A DNA stretch of 64,000 nucleotides from Marsupella aquatica (Eukaryota; Plantae; Marchantiophyta), in the NCBI GenBank assembly GCA_973895155.1, contig OZ316897.1:708515-772514 (forward strand). Reading direction: 5' to 3'. Position 1 is the first letter of the stretch; every line of letters starts with the position of its first letter. Positions 27,801-39,600 of this stretch are shown piece by piece. The translations under genes were made by a program, and so were the position numbers. The notes below the pieces were generated by a model. The model was given only the letters and a program-made list of their open reading frames with translations, did no database searches and had not been told where the DNA came from.

Positions 27801-29510
27801 CCTTTTCCAGCAATTTCAGCAGATTCTGCATGCCTGGTTGCTGCATCGGCAAGTCCTCCGTCCTTGGCGTAAACACCTGCTCAATTGTAGGACTGTCGGG
27901 CGGGTTGGGTTTCTCCGTTGCCGGCCTCTGTTCCGGAACCTCCTCTGGTGCCCTTGCCTGTAGGGGAAGTACCGGGGCAAAGGTCTTACTTCGGGCATAC
28001 CGGCACAATAGCGGCATGTGATAGCCAAGCTGGGACACGCATCCCTTGCCGATCACCAGTTGTTCCTCCTTCAAGATCTTCTTTAGTTGAGTGAGGAGGT
28101 AACCGTTGTAGTCCCGGCTTGGGTCTGGTCTCTTTGCCAGATAGACCTGTGCTTTGCCGATCTCTGGTCTCGGCCAGTTGCAATGCATGGTTACCCGCAA
28201 GAAATCGATCATCTCTCCTATATGCGGGTTGGTGCAAGTGTTACGGAAGAAGCCATTCTTTGTTGAAGGCCCTGGGAATGACCTGAACTCCATGTCTGGC
28301 AAGGTCTTCCTGGTATCTACCTTGGTCTTATTGCCCATCGGCAAGCCAAACACTTTGGCAATCACCTGGGGAGTGAGATAGAAATCCTTCCCATACACCC
28401 TTGTGGAATTGGTCTCAGACTCCCATGATCCCACGAATTCTAGTAAGTCTGAATTCGGCACCTCCGGCTTCAGCCACGGTAACCTTACGAAGGCTTCCAA
28501 GCCGGATCCGGCCATGAAGCCCTGATATTTCCGAGTCTGCATAGCCGTAAAGCATGCATCCTCCTCCCTTGCAAAGTGTAATTGGACCTCCTCGGGGAGG
28601 ATCGCCGCCCAGCCTTTCCAGGTGTCATCTCTCGTTGGAATGGCGTTGATGGGGTCGACCTCCTCCTCCTCGGCTTCGCTCTGCCTCCTGCTCTGCTGTT
28701 CGGCTGGCCTCTTTGGTGCCGCCGACCTCATTCTTTTTGCCGGGGTGACCTCTTCGTTGTTGTTTCCCTTTCTCTTCATCTCGGCTGCCGTGGATGTCTC
28801 TCCTAGCACGGTTGCCTTTGTCCACCCCTCCGTGCTACCCTTCAATTCCCAGTGTATGTCGTTGCAGCGTTTGATGGCTTCGCGGATGCCGACGACTCTG
28901 TCTTCGCAAAACAGAAGGTTGTCGAGTTGATTGGTAGTAGGAGTCCACAAGAATTCGGCCTTGATGAGTTCTCCTCCTAAGAAGGCAGCTTTCTGCAGCT
29001 CCCACAATCGAGCGAGCTCCTGCCGTTCTCGAGCTGCTCTCTCCAATTCTTTGTCCTCGTAAGTCCCAATGTACTCAGTTGCCCATTCGAACAGGCATCC
29101 CCAAAAATGTGCCGCTTGATTGACGTTGCTCATACCCTTCTTGAGTTGATAGTCGATATCTGCTCCCACCCTGAGTGCTTGCTTAAGCAGTTGACAGTAG
29201 TTGGCCTCACGTAGTCGTCTGCCCAGTTCGTGCCTGCAAATGAGCCACAACTCCTCGCGAGCGGTCCTTACCCCTCTCCTCCTCGGCGTTTCTCTCCTGT
29301 TGGTGACCCCTAGCCGCCGGCACTTAGCGTGCCCTAACCCTAATCATGTTCTCTCCCCTGGCTTCCTTACTTCCGGCCTCGGCTCGGGTTCCATAGTCAC
29401 CCTTAATTGTTTATATTTTCCTTATTTCTGTAACTATACTAATGTGTTTCTAGGGTACACTTCTCTTTTCCACTTTAGACTAGCCCAGTGATTCCTGGCT
29501 AGGCATCACA
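24801..29510 (-). repeat. 4.7-kb 3' LTR of the Gypsy element
   Basis: Starts TGTGATGC (29510) immediately after the PPT AAGTGGGGAGCTA (29511-29523) at the end of integrase. Ends ...CACACCACA at 24801. TG..CA termini with imperfect terminal IR TGTGATG/TGTGGTG. Confidence 0.8.
25706..29394 (-). pseudogene. LTR-internal ORF: PMD-like domain plus long coiled coil (broken into 657, 181 and 330 aa pieces)
   Basis: ATG 29394 is in frame with the 657-aa ORF through one TGA (29346-29344); TATAAA at about 29410-29415. GLEAFVRLPW...EFVGSWESETNSTRVYGKDFYLTPQVIAKVFGLPMG resembles the plant mobile domain core. E/K-rich heptads downstream. Confidence 0.7.
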
Positions 29511-30764
29511 TAGCTCCCCACTTAATTGTGAAGCGTCCTCACGAACAACTTCATCTTCGTCCATATAGTATTTCTTGAGGCGGTCATAGTGAATACGAAT
29601 TGGGTACACCTCTCCGGTAATGTTGGCCAATTGTACAGAGCCATTGGGGAACTTCTTTGATACCCTGAAAGGTCCTAGCCAGCGAGTGTAAAGCTTCCCT
29701 GGAAACTTACTATACCTACTGTCATAAAGTAATACAAGATCTCCTGTGTGAATACTAACTACTTTCAACTTTTTATCATACTGCTGCTTCATGATATTTT
29801 GTCTATATTCTACTCTCTCGGCTGAAATCATTCTTGCCTCCTCTAAAGCTTCTAATCTATATTCTCGCTCCTTCAAGCTTTCCTCCTCTGAGACTCTTTC
29901 CTCAATGGTAACTTGAAATGTCGGTATCTCAAGTTGCATGGGTACCAGAGCTTCTTGTCCAAAGGTTAAGAAAAAAGGTGTATGACCGGTAGTGGATTTA
30001 TAGGCTAAATTGTAAGCAAAAATGGCAGCAAACAATTTATCATCCCAATCGAGTTTGTTCTGAGCTACTGTCTTGTTCAATATCTTTCCTATAATCCCAT
30101 TGGCTCGTTCTGTCAATCCATTTGCCTTTGGGTGGTAAGGAGTGGTAGGCCTATGTCTAACTAAATACTGCTCATTTAAACGACTAATTATATCATTCAG
30201 AAAATGGGTTCCTCTATCACTAACTAATTCTAGGGGTGCTCCATACCTGGTGAAGATCTGCTCATACATAAATCAAGCTGTAGTAATTGCATCATCCTTT
30301 GTTGTCGGCCTGGCCTCCACCCATTTAGTTGCATAATCCGTGGCCAGGATTATGTACTTTTTTCTCCGAGGATGGGTTAATGGTTTCAGCGGTCCAATGT
30401 AATCAATACCCCACTTCTCAAAGGGTGCCAGAGGTAGAATAGGGTGCAGTGGATGTCTTGTAGACGCCCTTGGTCCTCCTGCTCGCTGACAAGGATCACA
30501 CTGTTTGATGAACTGATAGACATCCTTGTGCAAGGTGGGCCACCAGTAACCGGCATTTAATATTTTTTTAGACGTGGTTACTGGAGCAAAATGTCCTTCG
30601 GCCTCTTCTCCATGCATAGCCCGTAAGACTCGTTTTACCTCTCTCTTTTCTAAACACCTTTGGATAGTGCCGCTGATTCCATACCTATGTAGCACACCCT
30701 TAATGTACTGATACTGTCTGACCTTCCGTAGAAAGACTGCGGCTTGTTCTTGGGTTAGCCCTGG
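29499..30764 (-). pseudogene. Gypsy integrase
   Basis: Zn-binding H-H-C-C (GHF...YWWPTL...CDPCQR), WGIDYIGP, VSDRGTHF, YHPKANGLTER and WLGPF; in-frame stops at about 30270 and 30765. Confidence 0.92.
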
Positions 30765-32765
30765 CTATAATCTGGATGTGCTGAGAAATTGCAAAATCTC
30801 CGGGTACCATGTATCGGCTATTTCCACAACGAATAGCTCCTCGTCGGGGAATCGATCATCGATGCAATCCGTGGCTAGTTCACCGGTGATCCTTGAAAAG
30901 AAGTCGGCATTGGCATGTAGCTTCCCCGACTTGATCTTTAGCTCGTAGTCAAACTCTTGTAATAGCAAAATCCATCTTGCTACCCTGCCTGTAAGGTCCG
31001 GCTTATTTACTAGGTACTTCAAACTTTCATGATCGGTATGAAAGATTACCTTGTACCCTAGCAAATAATGCCTAAACTTTTTACATGAATAAATGACTCC
31101 TAATGCTTCTCTTTCTGTGGTGGAGTAGTTCCATTCGGTATCGGCAAGCTGACGGCTTGCAAAGTATATGGGATGGTCCCTCCCTTTCTCATCCAACTGA
31201 CTTAGTACTGAGCCGATACAGAAGCCTAAGACATCTACAAAGACATGAAATTCCTTGTTCCAGTCTGGTGCTATCATGACTGGGGCTTCCACTAACTTTT
31301 GCTTTAATTCCACCACAGCTGTTACTCTTTCTGGTGTGGGTTCAAAGTCTGCGCCTACTTTGAGCATGTTGGTTAATGGTAAAGCTAGCTTGGCAAAATC
31401 TTTAATAAACCGTCGATAATACCCAATGCAGCCCAAGAAGGATCTCACATCCTTTATGTTCTTAGGTTGCATGATGTCAAGCCATACTGCTAGCTTACCT
31501 TTGTCAATCTCAATGCCCTTCTTTGATACCTTGTGACCTAGTAGCACACCTTCTGTTACCCCAAAGAAACATTTATCTGGGTGTAACTTGAGACCTACCT
31601 CTCTGCATCTCATGAAGGTCTTCCTTAGATATTTAGCATGTTTTGATGCCTTCCCAAATACTGCAAAGTCATCAATGAAGATTTCCATGAACTTTCTCAA
31701 GTAATCATGGAAAATGTTCACCATCAATCGTTGAAACATAGCTGGTGTGTTACAGAGTCCAAACGACATACGATTGAAGACATAGATCCCCCATTCCGTG
31801 ATGAAGGCCATCTTGATTTGGTCCTCCTGCCTAATCCTGATTTGGTTATAACCAGAGTACCCATCCATGAATGAATATAGTTCATGACTGGCTACCATGT
31901 CTAGTACCATATCAGTAAAGGGTAAAGGAAAATGGTCTTTTAACGTTGCTTCATTCAGCTTCCTGTAACCCTGACAAACCCGGATCTTGGGTTTACCATC
32001 GGGTCCAGCTTTCTTGGGAACTATCACAATTGGAGACAACCAATCTGAATGTAGGATTGGAGTGATGAATCCGGCTTCCACTAGTTTGTCGATTTCTGTT
32101 TTGACCATCAGGGAATACTTAGGATTCATCCTTCGAATTGGTTGTCGAAATGATTTGGCTCCTAACATGAGATCAATTCGGTGTTCCCCTAGTGTTGGGT
32201 CTACTCCCTTTAGATCTTGGTGACTCCATGCGAACACATCCTGAAATTCAATCAGTAAGTCACTGATCTCTTTCTCAGGCTCAGGTGCTAGGTCCTTCCC
32301 TAAGTTCAGTTCCCTTCCTTCTCCTAAGTCGAGCTTTCGATATTGCCGTGCTTGGATCATATTAATCTGCTTCTTCAAATTCGGGTCCAGCTCGGCTTCC
32401 AGCCTTTCCAGTCTCATACCTCCATAAACTGGAATCTCGGCTATACTGGCCGAGTCGGTTTCTTCCTTGGTGTCCACAGATTGTCCCCTTGCCGGTCTAT
32501 CCGGTTTTGAACTGGTAGTCGGCTTCCCTTCCTGCCTTGGCTCTGGATTGTGTCTGTGCATCTCATCCACCTCTTCCTCCTGAGGGTCAGGCCGCTGTGC
32601 TCTCCCGGCTTCTAATAGGGCCTCGATTTGTTCTGCCCACGTAATCGGCTTGTATGCCGATCCCTTGGTATTTAATTCCTTGCCGATGATAGACGGCGTT
32701 GTGGATCCTGCCGGCTCTGCCACAACGCCTGAGGAAAATCCACCCTCTCGGGTATTGCTCCCCAC
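30765..32765 (-). CDS. pol: Gypsy reverse transcriptase-RNase H
   Basis: DHFPLP, MDGYSGYNQI, MSFGLCN, FIDDF, FLGCIGYYRRFI, YSTTEREAL, TDHESL. Confidence 0.95.
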   Translation of the reverse strand: MGSNTREGGFSSGVVAEPAGSTTPSIIGKELNTKGSAYKPITWAEQIEALLEAGRAQRPDPQEEEVDEMHRHNPEPRQEGKPTTSSKPDRPARGQSVDTKEETDSASIAEIPVYGGMRLERLEAELDPNLKKQINMIQARQYRKLDLGEGRELNLGKDLAPEPEKEISDLLIEFQDVFAWSHQDLKGVDPTLGEHRIDLMLGAKSFRQPIRRMNPKYSLMVKTEIDKLVEAGFITPILHSDWLSPIVIVPKKAGPDGKPKIRVCQGYRKLNEATLKDHFPLPFTDMVLDMVASHELYSFMDGYSGYNQIRIRQEDQIKMAFITEWGIYVFNRMSFGLCNTPAMFQRLMVNIFHDYLRKFMEIFIDDFAVFGKASKHAKYLRKTFMRCREVGLKLHPDKCFFGVTEGVLLGHKVSKKGIEIDKGKLAVWLDIMQPKNIKDVRSFLGCIGYYRRFIKDFAKLALPLTNMLKVGADFEPTPERVTAVVELKQKLVEAPVMIAPDWNKEFHVFVDVLGFCIGSVLSQLDEKGRDHPIYFASRQLADTEWNYSTTEREALGVIYSCKKFRHYLLGYKVIFHTDHESLKYLVNKPDLTGRVARWILLLQEFDYELKIKSGKLHANADFFSRITGELATDCIDDRFPDEELFVVEIADTWYPEILQFLSTSRL

Positions 32766-34892
32766 TTAGCCGTTTCCAACTGGCTTACGTCTTGCGCTTC
32801 CTCCAGAATTGAAGCTAAAAAGGTGGACTCTATGGCAAAGCAGTCCTCGGCTTCATCGTCACAATTCTCCAAGTCACCTTCCATAGGTTCTTGCCATAGT
32901 CCGCTGGGGGATACCTCTGGTCCAAAGATACTTTCTTCGGTTTGGTCAGCGAGGCATTCTAGCCATCGTACCTCATCGGCTGATTCCAGTCCACTGTCGT
33001 ACCCGTCTACCTCCCTGATGCTTCTTCTGTTGTCATCCTTGGTATCCCAGGATACAGTGATAGAGGGGGTCCCAAAAGTGAACTCCTTCTTACCCCAATC
33101 CTCTATTACCTTGGCTAGGTATAGCCATGGCCTACCAATCAATAGCCGGAATGACGTAGGATTTACCGGCTTCATTACTACATAGTTAATGCTAAAGAAG
33201 ATACCTCCTATCTCTGTCTTGATGCCGGTTAACACTCCCGTGGGAATGACCTGATATCCATTGGCCATGTTCAATACTCTTCCAGTCATTTCCGGTGTTA
33301 GACCCCACCCCTTTGCTGTTGAATCAATCATAATACATACCCCTGATCCTCCATCGATGGGTACCCGTAGTAATAATTCTCCTTGAATCATTAATGGTAA
33401 TGCTGGGGCTCCTTGATCTTCTTCTATCATTAGTATGTCGGATCTGGTCGCTACCTTGGGTAATCTTGGCTTGCCGAGGATCGCCTTTCTTAACTGCTTT
33501 CGGAAGTACGGGCTATTTTTCAATAGTTGACCTACTGTTGCCGAGACTCTAGATTCTAGTACATCCTTAGCTAGGTCATAGGGAACTAACGGTTTCTCTA
33601 GTGGTATCTCCATCTTGGATTCGGCTTGTTTTTTCACGCTAGTCCCCACAACCATTGGATCTTCCAAAGCAAACAATGCTTTTGCTCGTTTCATATCCTT
33701 GGCTATGGCTTCAGTATTCTCCAGGGTTTCTAATTCTCGTAGTTGTTCCTTAACACTAGCTGTGATAGATGGGTAGAACAACTTAGGGTGGTCTCGATTG
33801 AAGTCGCTGTCCTGTGAAGGATTGGGCTCACTGGTGGGCTCATGGCTTACCTGTGTTGATGATGCCCTTCCTTCTCCTTCCGTTGATGTTGACGAAGAGT
33901 CGATCTTCTCTTCCTTAACCTTCCCTTTATTTTTAGCCAGCCCATCCCACCTTTCCTTCCTTCTGGTTGATCGAGTAGAGACCCGGTAGCAATCATGGTC
34001 CATATCCTCCTCTAAAAATGTTGATAGGGCCTCGGTCTCATCATCAGATGGTCCAAACTCTGCCTCGGCATCCACTTGCCATCCGAGCTCGATGTGGTTG
34101 ATTTGAACTCCTCCTGGGGTAGTACCTGGCGGCAAGACCTTGACCGGCAAGAGCTTATGATTTGCGGCCAATCCTGCCAACCAAGTAGGACATTGTCCTA
34201 GCATGTGACCCTCCTGTCGGCATCCCATACATAGCTGAGCTGGCTGTCCATCACCTTGTTTGCATGCATTCGGGCATTCTCTAGCAAAATGGCCAGGTTG
34301 ACCACAATTATAGCATGCCGCAAATCTTTGCACATTCGGCCTAGGAGGTACTGACGGATTCTGAATAATCCGAGGATACATCTATCCTGGATTGTTCCTT
34401 AATCCTGACCAAAGAGATGCAGGTCGGTTGGATAGGTCTCGTGCTCCAGTCTCACTGATGCCGAAAACACTATCAGCGGCATCTCCTAGAAAGTACTCTA
34501 CTTCTCCCTGACATGGTCTGACTTCAGCCACATGCCGAACATGACTAGTATTGAGCTTAGGACATGCGTCTTTATGATGTCCGGTTTTATAACATAAGGC
34601 ACACCATACAGAGCTATCCTCCTGCACTACCTTCTTCTTCGGCTTCACATCTGCTATTATAGCTTTAAGCTGCTCGGTAAGGGCTACGATGTTATCTGGT
34701 GGTTTAGCCTCCAGCTTGACTTTCGTCTTCCCTCTCCTTCTGCCCTTCCTTTTCCTAGTTTTTTCTTCTTCAGAACTAGAAGATGACTCACTCTTGCTAC
34801 TTCCACTATCCGAGCTTGAGTTATCACTTCTTGACTTCTTAGAGTGTTTCTTTTTCTTATCCTTTTTCTTATGGGGTGATCCTTCCTCCGAT
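32672..34892 (-). pseudogene. gag: Gypsy gag C-terminus (3 CCHC knuckles) and aspartic protease
   Basis: CALCYKTGHHKDAC, CYNCGQPGHFAREC and CMGCRQEGHMLGQC; protease motifs IDGGSG and LLIGRPWL. Confidence 0.9.
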
Positions 34893-35534
34893 GAGGAACA
34901 CCTCACAAAGGCTGGCCTTCAGTTCACAAGGATTGATGGGTCAATGGCCCCAAAAAAGAGAGACAAGGTGCTTCACATGTTCAGCAGGACCCCTGAGGTG
35001 AGTCAAATTTGTCCATTTTCAGACAACTAATTCATGTATACTTTCACATTATAATTGTAATGACCAAGTTTTCTATGGGCTGTGTAGGTGAGCATCATTC
35101 TGCTTTCCTTGATGGCAACATCTACAGGTCTCAACATAACTTGCGCAAATCATGTAGTTCTAGTAGACGGGTGGTGGAATCCCTAAGTGGAAGACAAGGG
35201 TGTGGACCGGGCACACCGTATTGGGCAGACAAAACCAGTCACTTTTGCACGGTTTATTGCTAAGGATTCCATTGAGGTGAAGATATTGAAGCTACAGGTA
35301 ATTCCCTGTAACTATTAGATCGAGTGTGCATTGTTTGTATATGGCTTTTATAATTAACCTGCTAGTTTTTGACTGCATTTCATGTGGATTGTGTTGATTG
35401 TGCAGAACAAGAAGCGGAGGATGATTGGTCAGATTATGTATGGTGGTGTGAAAAAACAGGATGTATCACGAGAAGACATTGCCTACTTATTCGCAAGTGA
35501 CAGTTCTCAGTCGGATTCTGATTGGTGTATATAG
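34893..35534 (+). pseudogene. SNF2 helicase C-terminal (HELICc) exons
   Basis: FTRIDGSM..KRD (exon to 34997); exon 35088-35297 with GLNITCANHVVLVDGWWNP* and [12 protein letters not shown]; last exon 35406-35534; GT-AG introns. Confidence 0.9.
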
Positions 35535-35970
35535 CTAGGGGTTCACTTGGCAACTCAAGAGCAAGCTGTATATATAGCATGAGAAGTATGTACATAGAGT
35601 TACATTGTACTACACACTGATTTTATATATAAAGGACCGCACAGTCCATTTACCTGAGCATACTTTTGTTTTGTACATTGCTGCATTTGGTTTCCCTCTC
35701 TTGGGATTTCATCATTTTCTTCTATAAACTAGTCAGGGGAAACAAACTTGTGGAATTCCACCAAGCAATTAGGCTTCTTCACACATTACCCTAAGGTACA
35801 TAGGGAATTTAGGGGCATACCGACACCTCCATGCCAAGGGGATTTGGTCCCCTACTTAATAGGGGAAAATACCTTATACAATTCAGTAAACAGGCACGGG
35901 TACACTCTGAGGTTAATTAACCTAGATAACCTCTGTAATCTATCTCCTAACGCTGCATATCCTCCTTGTG

Positions 35971-36223
35971 CATGGTTAGGTGAAAACTGGCTAAATAAAT
36001 GGAAGAAAAAGAAAACACAGGCTAGGGTGAGCAATTTGCTTTAGGTGAACAATAGAACCCTAGAGACCTGCTTAATTTTTAATGATTTTTTTCTTTTTAA
36101 TGTCACCTAATTGTAAACGATAGTAACTAAATTGGGCATGCCTTATCTAATTTTCTTAGATCAATTTCTGACTATTAGATAACGTGGCTGGTAAGGTTCA
36201 TGGTTAGGTGAAAACTGGCGAAT
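35971..36223. repeat. Satellite remnant between the two DNA transposons
   Basis: Same 300-bp unit, with an internal deletion. Confidence 0.93.
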
Positions 36224-36678
36224 ATCACAGTATTCATTAAAACTGGAAATTTAAAAGTCCAGATTGTGATCCTCAAATTTACATTCTTGTCTCTAAAAAG
36301 TCCATTAATTTTGCTCCAAATAAACAATTTTTCAAGACTAAATATACACTCTTTTTGGTTTAATATTACACTTTTGCACTCCAAATTTGATTTTAATCAA
36401 TTAATCATAATACAGAAATTATTAATATTAATTGTATTTGAAATTAAATAGATAAGTGACAAACATGTATCATTTGGTCAAAAACTCATGATTAAATTCA
36501 AAGTGAGATTAATCATCTCATTTATCATAACATATATTCAAGGTTGGCTAGCCATAATGTCAATCCTACTCCAATGGTCAAGCTAGTGTAAAGTCCAAAG
36601 TAGTTCTATGACCTGTGAAATAGAAAAATGATTGCATGACTCCAATCTTGTGTCCTACAATGTACAGAAACATAATGA

Positions 36679-39600
36679 TTAATCATCTAAAATTTCAAAT
36701 TCTATGCCTCCATGAATATGTCTACATGACTGATTTGAACAAGTGAGTCGCTCTCCATTTGGGTCATATAGTCTGTCACGAGTGCAAGTGTCTTTGGGAT
36801 AACGGTTTTTAAACTTAGACGTGAGATCCCTAGTCTTTAGAACTTCCCAGACAAATCGGCGAGGATTTTCTCTGAAGGGACCTGCATAAGACTCGCCCAA
36901 ACAGTTGTTGACCACATCTTTCATATCATCTTCGGTCAGGTTCTCAAATGTAGGGTAGGATTGTACCATATCCCTCACTTCCCAACATATCTCATCTCCA
37001 GTGACATCCAAGATGGTATACTCAATCTTGGAACGCCAAATCTTACTTCCCCACTTATGGGAAAGTAAATCATAGATTGCAGCATTACTTTCACGGTCAT
37101 CATTTATATTAACAAATGACCAAAGTGGATTGTTGACAGATATATATTGTCGGATGTCATAAGCCTTCCACAATTTTCTAAGGAATGGCCAAAGTATCTC
37201 TGGTAGAAAAGTGTCACTCTCGGCAATGTGTGAGAAGGGAGTTGGAAACAAACCACTATACTGTGGATTTGCAAAAGCCTTCACTGGAGAGTCATCAATA
37301 AGTAGAGTGTTTGTATCATCATACTTGTCTCCAAAACGACTCCACACCACACGCAAATCCTTCAACATAATATTTGCTTTCCCATCTGCTATGTCCGGTC
37401 TTTTTATGCCAGTATCAAAAGCATCTTCTTGTGTGAAAACAAATTTAAATTGCCTCCGCTCCTCTTCTTTGAAAATCAAATTCATCATTTCATTAGTTCT
37501 TGGCCTCCCTGCACAAGTCCACAATGCGACATCAAAACCTTTGAAAGCCACCTCCAAAAATTGGTGCAACCCTGGCCTTTCCACATACATGAAATTGAAT
37601 CCACCCCGTCTCCCCCAATGCACACCCTGCACAGTTGTTGTAGATCTTAACGGTCCCGAGCTTTTTGTTTTGACGCAATCCCAACAAATTTTGTTCAGGT
37701 CCAAAATCAAGAGTTTTCTTCTTATATCAGAGTGCAATTTAGGAGTGAAATCTGCAAAGATCCAAATGAATCAAAATTATATCTAAAAGATATAAAAGAA
37801 GAACTTAGGGTCGAACCTGGATCAACCCGACCTAATGGGGAAAACAAACATATCATTTTTGAATGTCAAAGCATTTTGATATATCAATGTAGAAGTACCT
37901 TGCTCAAATGCTTTGTCTTGGACCAGGGTACCGCTTGCTGAAGGTAGACCAATAATATCCTTCGATGGAAGAGATGCTATGACAAAACTTTGGTCTGTCC
38001 ATATATGATTTCCAAACATAATATTTTAGATTATTGTGAAAAATAGAAGAACGAAACCATAATATTAACCTCCACTACTAAATGACCCATATTCATCTAT
38101 CATTTTATCACCTAGATCACTTTGGATATCAGAATTGATGCCAACAGGAAGCTGCTCCACCAACGTTGGCGGCGCAAACACTGGACTCAATCTCAATTTG
38201 TCTATTATGTAATCAGGTTTGACCATTAACTTAGGCGCATCCTCCAACGTTTCTTTCAATCCAACTTTAGGTCCATTTCTCCAAATGAAATGAGTTGCAT
38301 GACGGACTGTCTTCATATATCGTGTTCTACCTATCTCAGATCCAGACTTTTGAGACAAGCGTAATATTATGGGGCTTCCGCTTGACATCCTTGTGAAGAC
38401 CAATTTATTCCCTGACAAACAAAATTGAGGAGACTCGGAACAAGTTGAAGCACCTGCCTCTTCAGCTTCAACATTTGTTGTCTCTCCAAGTGGAAGGTTG
38501 TCTTCAATCGCTTCTGCAATACCAACTTGTAGGTCCGTGGTGGGTGTAGTGGCCCCAATATTTTGCCAACCTGCATCCAATGTGCACGATACCTGCGGTC
38601 TCTCGGGATGCAATTTTGATACTTCAGGGTTGAGAGGATTTGATGGAGGGTCGCTCTCAGGGCGACCCGACATCACTATGTCGAGTTGAGGTAGCCCTTC
38701 AACACCGTAGGTAGTAATGCCAACCATTTCTGTTGCTCGAGCATCCCAATTTCCGCCAAAATCCTCCTCTACCATAGGACTTGAACCTCCATCATCATGC
38801 TGCAACTCACCATCCTCAAGGTCAACTCGCTGAGGGCCCGGTTGGGGGTTGTCCATAGGCCCGCAAAGAACACTTAGATGAGCTCTCCTAGGACCATGTA
38901 CTCCCATCCGCTCTTTCATAAGGGAGGGAATCCTGTTGCACAAAACCCTTGCATATGCTTGGGTGAAATGGTGTTCTTGCAAAGTGTCTGAATAGACAAA
39001 ACAATCTCGGTATGCCAACAAGGCCACCTTCAAAACCTGCCCTCCTGAAAAAAAATCGAGGACAGTCTCCCCCTCACCGGAAAAACATTCAATAATATTT
39101 TTGAGCATGTGTCGGGGCTTGGCATGCGGATTGACAAATCCTCCTCGACTTCCGACCATCTCAAACATTGGAGCTTGCCGCAATAAATCTGCCATATCAA
39201 ATGCGAGAGACTGCTCCTCTGTCTCATTCTCTTTTCCCTTGCTTTTCTCTTGCTTGTCAGCCTTCACTTCAATATTGAAATCACAGTCAACATCGGGGTG
39301 AAAACTAAATTTTGAATTGAACTCTGGCTTAAACAATTGATTCCAATCAAAATTGTCTTCACCTGTAATTCCAGCAAAAATGACCTGCTCAATCGCTCCT
39401 GTAAAAATTAAGCCCTGCGGATTTGGGCGATCTTCCCGATCATAACTCCCGTATTCAACATGGATGGCCAAATGCTTTTCATGTCCTAATTTCCTTAGGG
39501 CACTTAAGATGTTGGCTAGAAGTGGCCCTGGATGAGTAGTCATGACAACTACAATGGTTGTATTCCTTGGCAACTCCACAATATATTGGAGCAATACAAA

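Larger units (their letters stand above)
24801..34892 (-). mobile_element. Ty3/Gypsy LTR retrotransposon; 5' LTR and gag N-terminus deleted
   Basis: Domain order gag(CCHC)-PR-RT-RH-INT; PPT and intact 3' LTR. The 5' end joins directly to SNF2 C-terminal coding sequence near 34893 with no TSD. Confidence 0.9.
6986..35970. mobile_element. Giant CACTA/EnSpm-like DNA transposon (~29 kb including the nested Gypsy)
   Basis: Perfect 17-bp TIRs CACAAGGAGGATATGCA (6986-7002) / TGCATATCCTCCTTGTG (35954-35970). 3-bp TSD CAT (6983-6985, 35971-35973). Removing the element restores the satellite sequence GGTTCATGGTTAGG. Contains a TnpD-like remnant. Confidence 0.93.
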
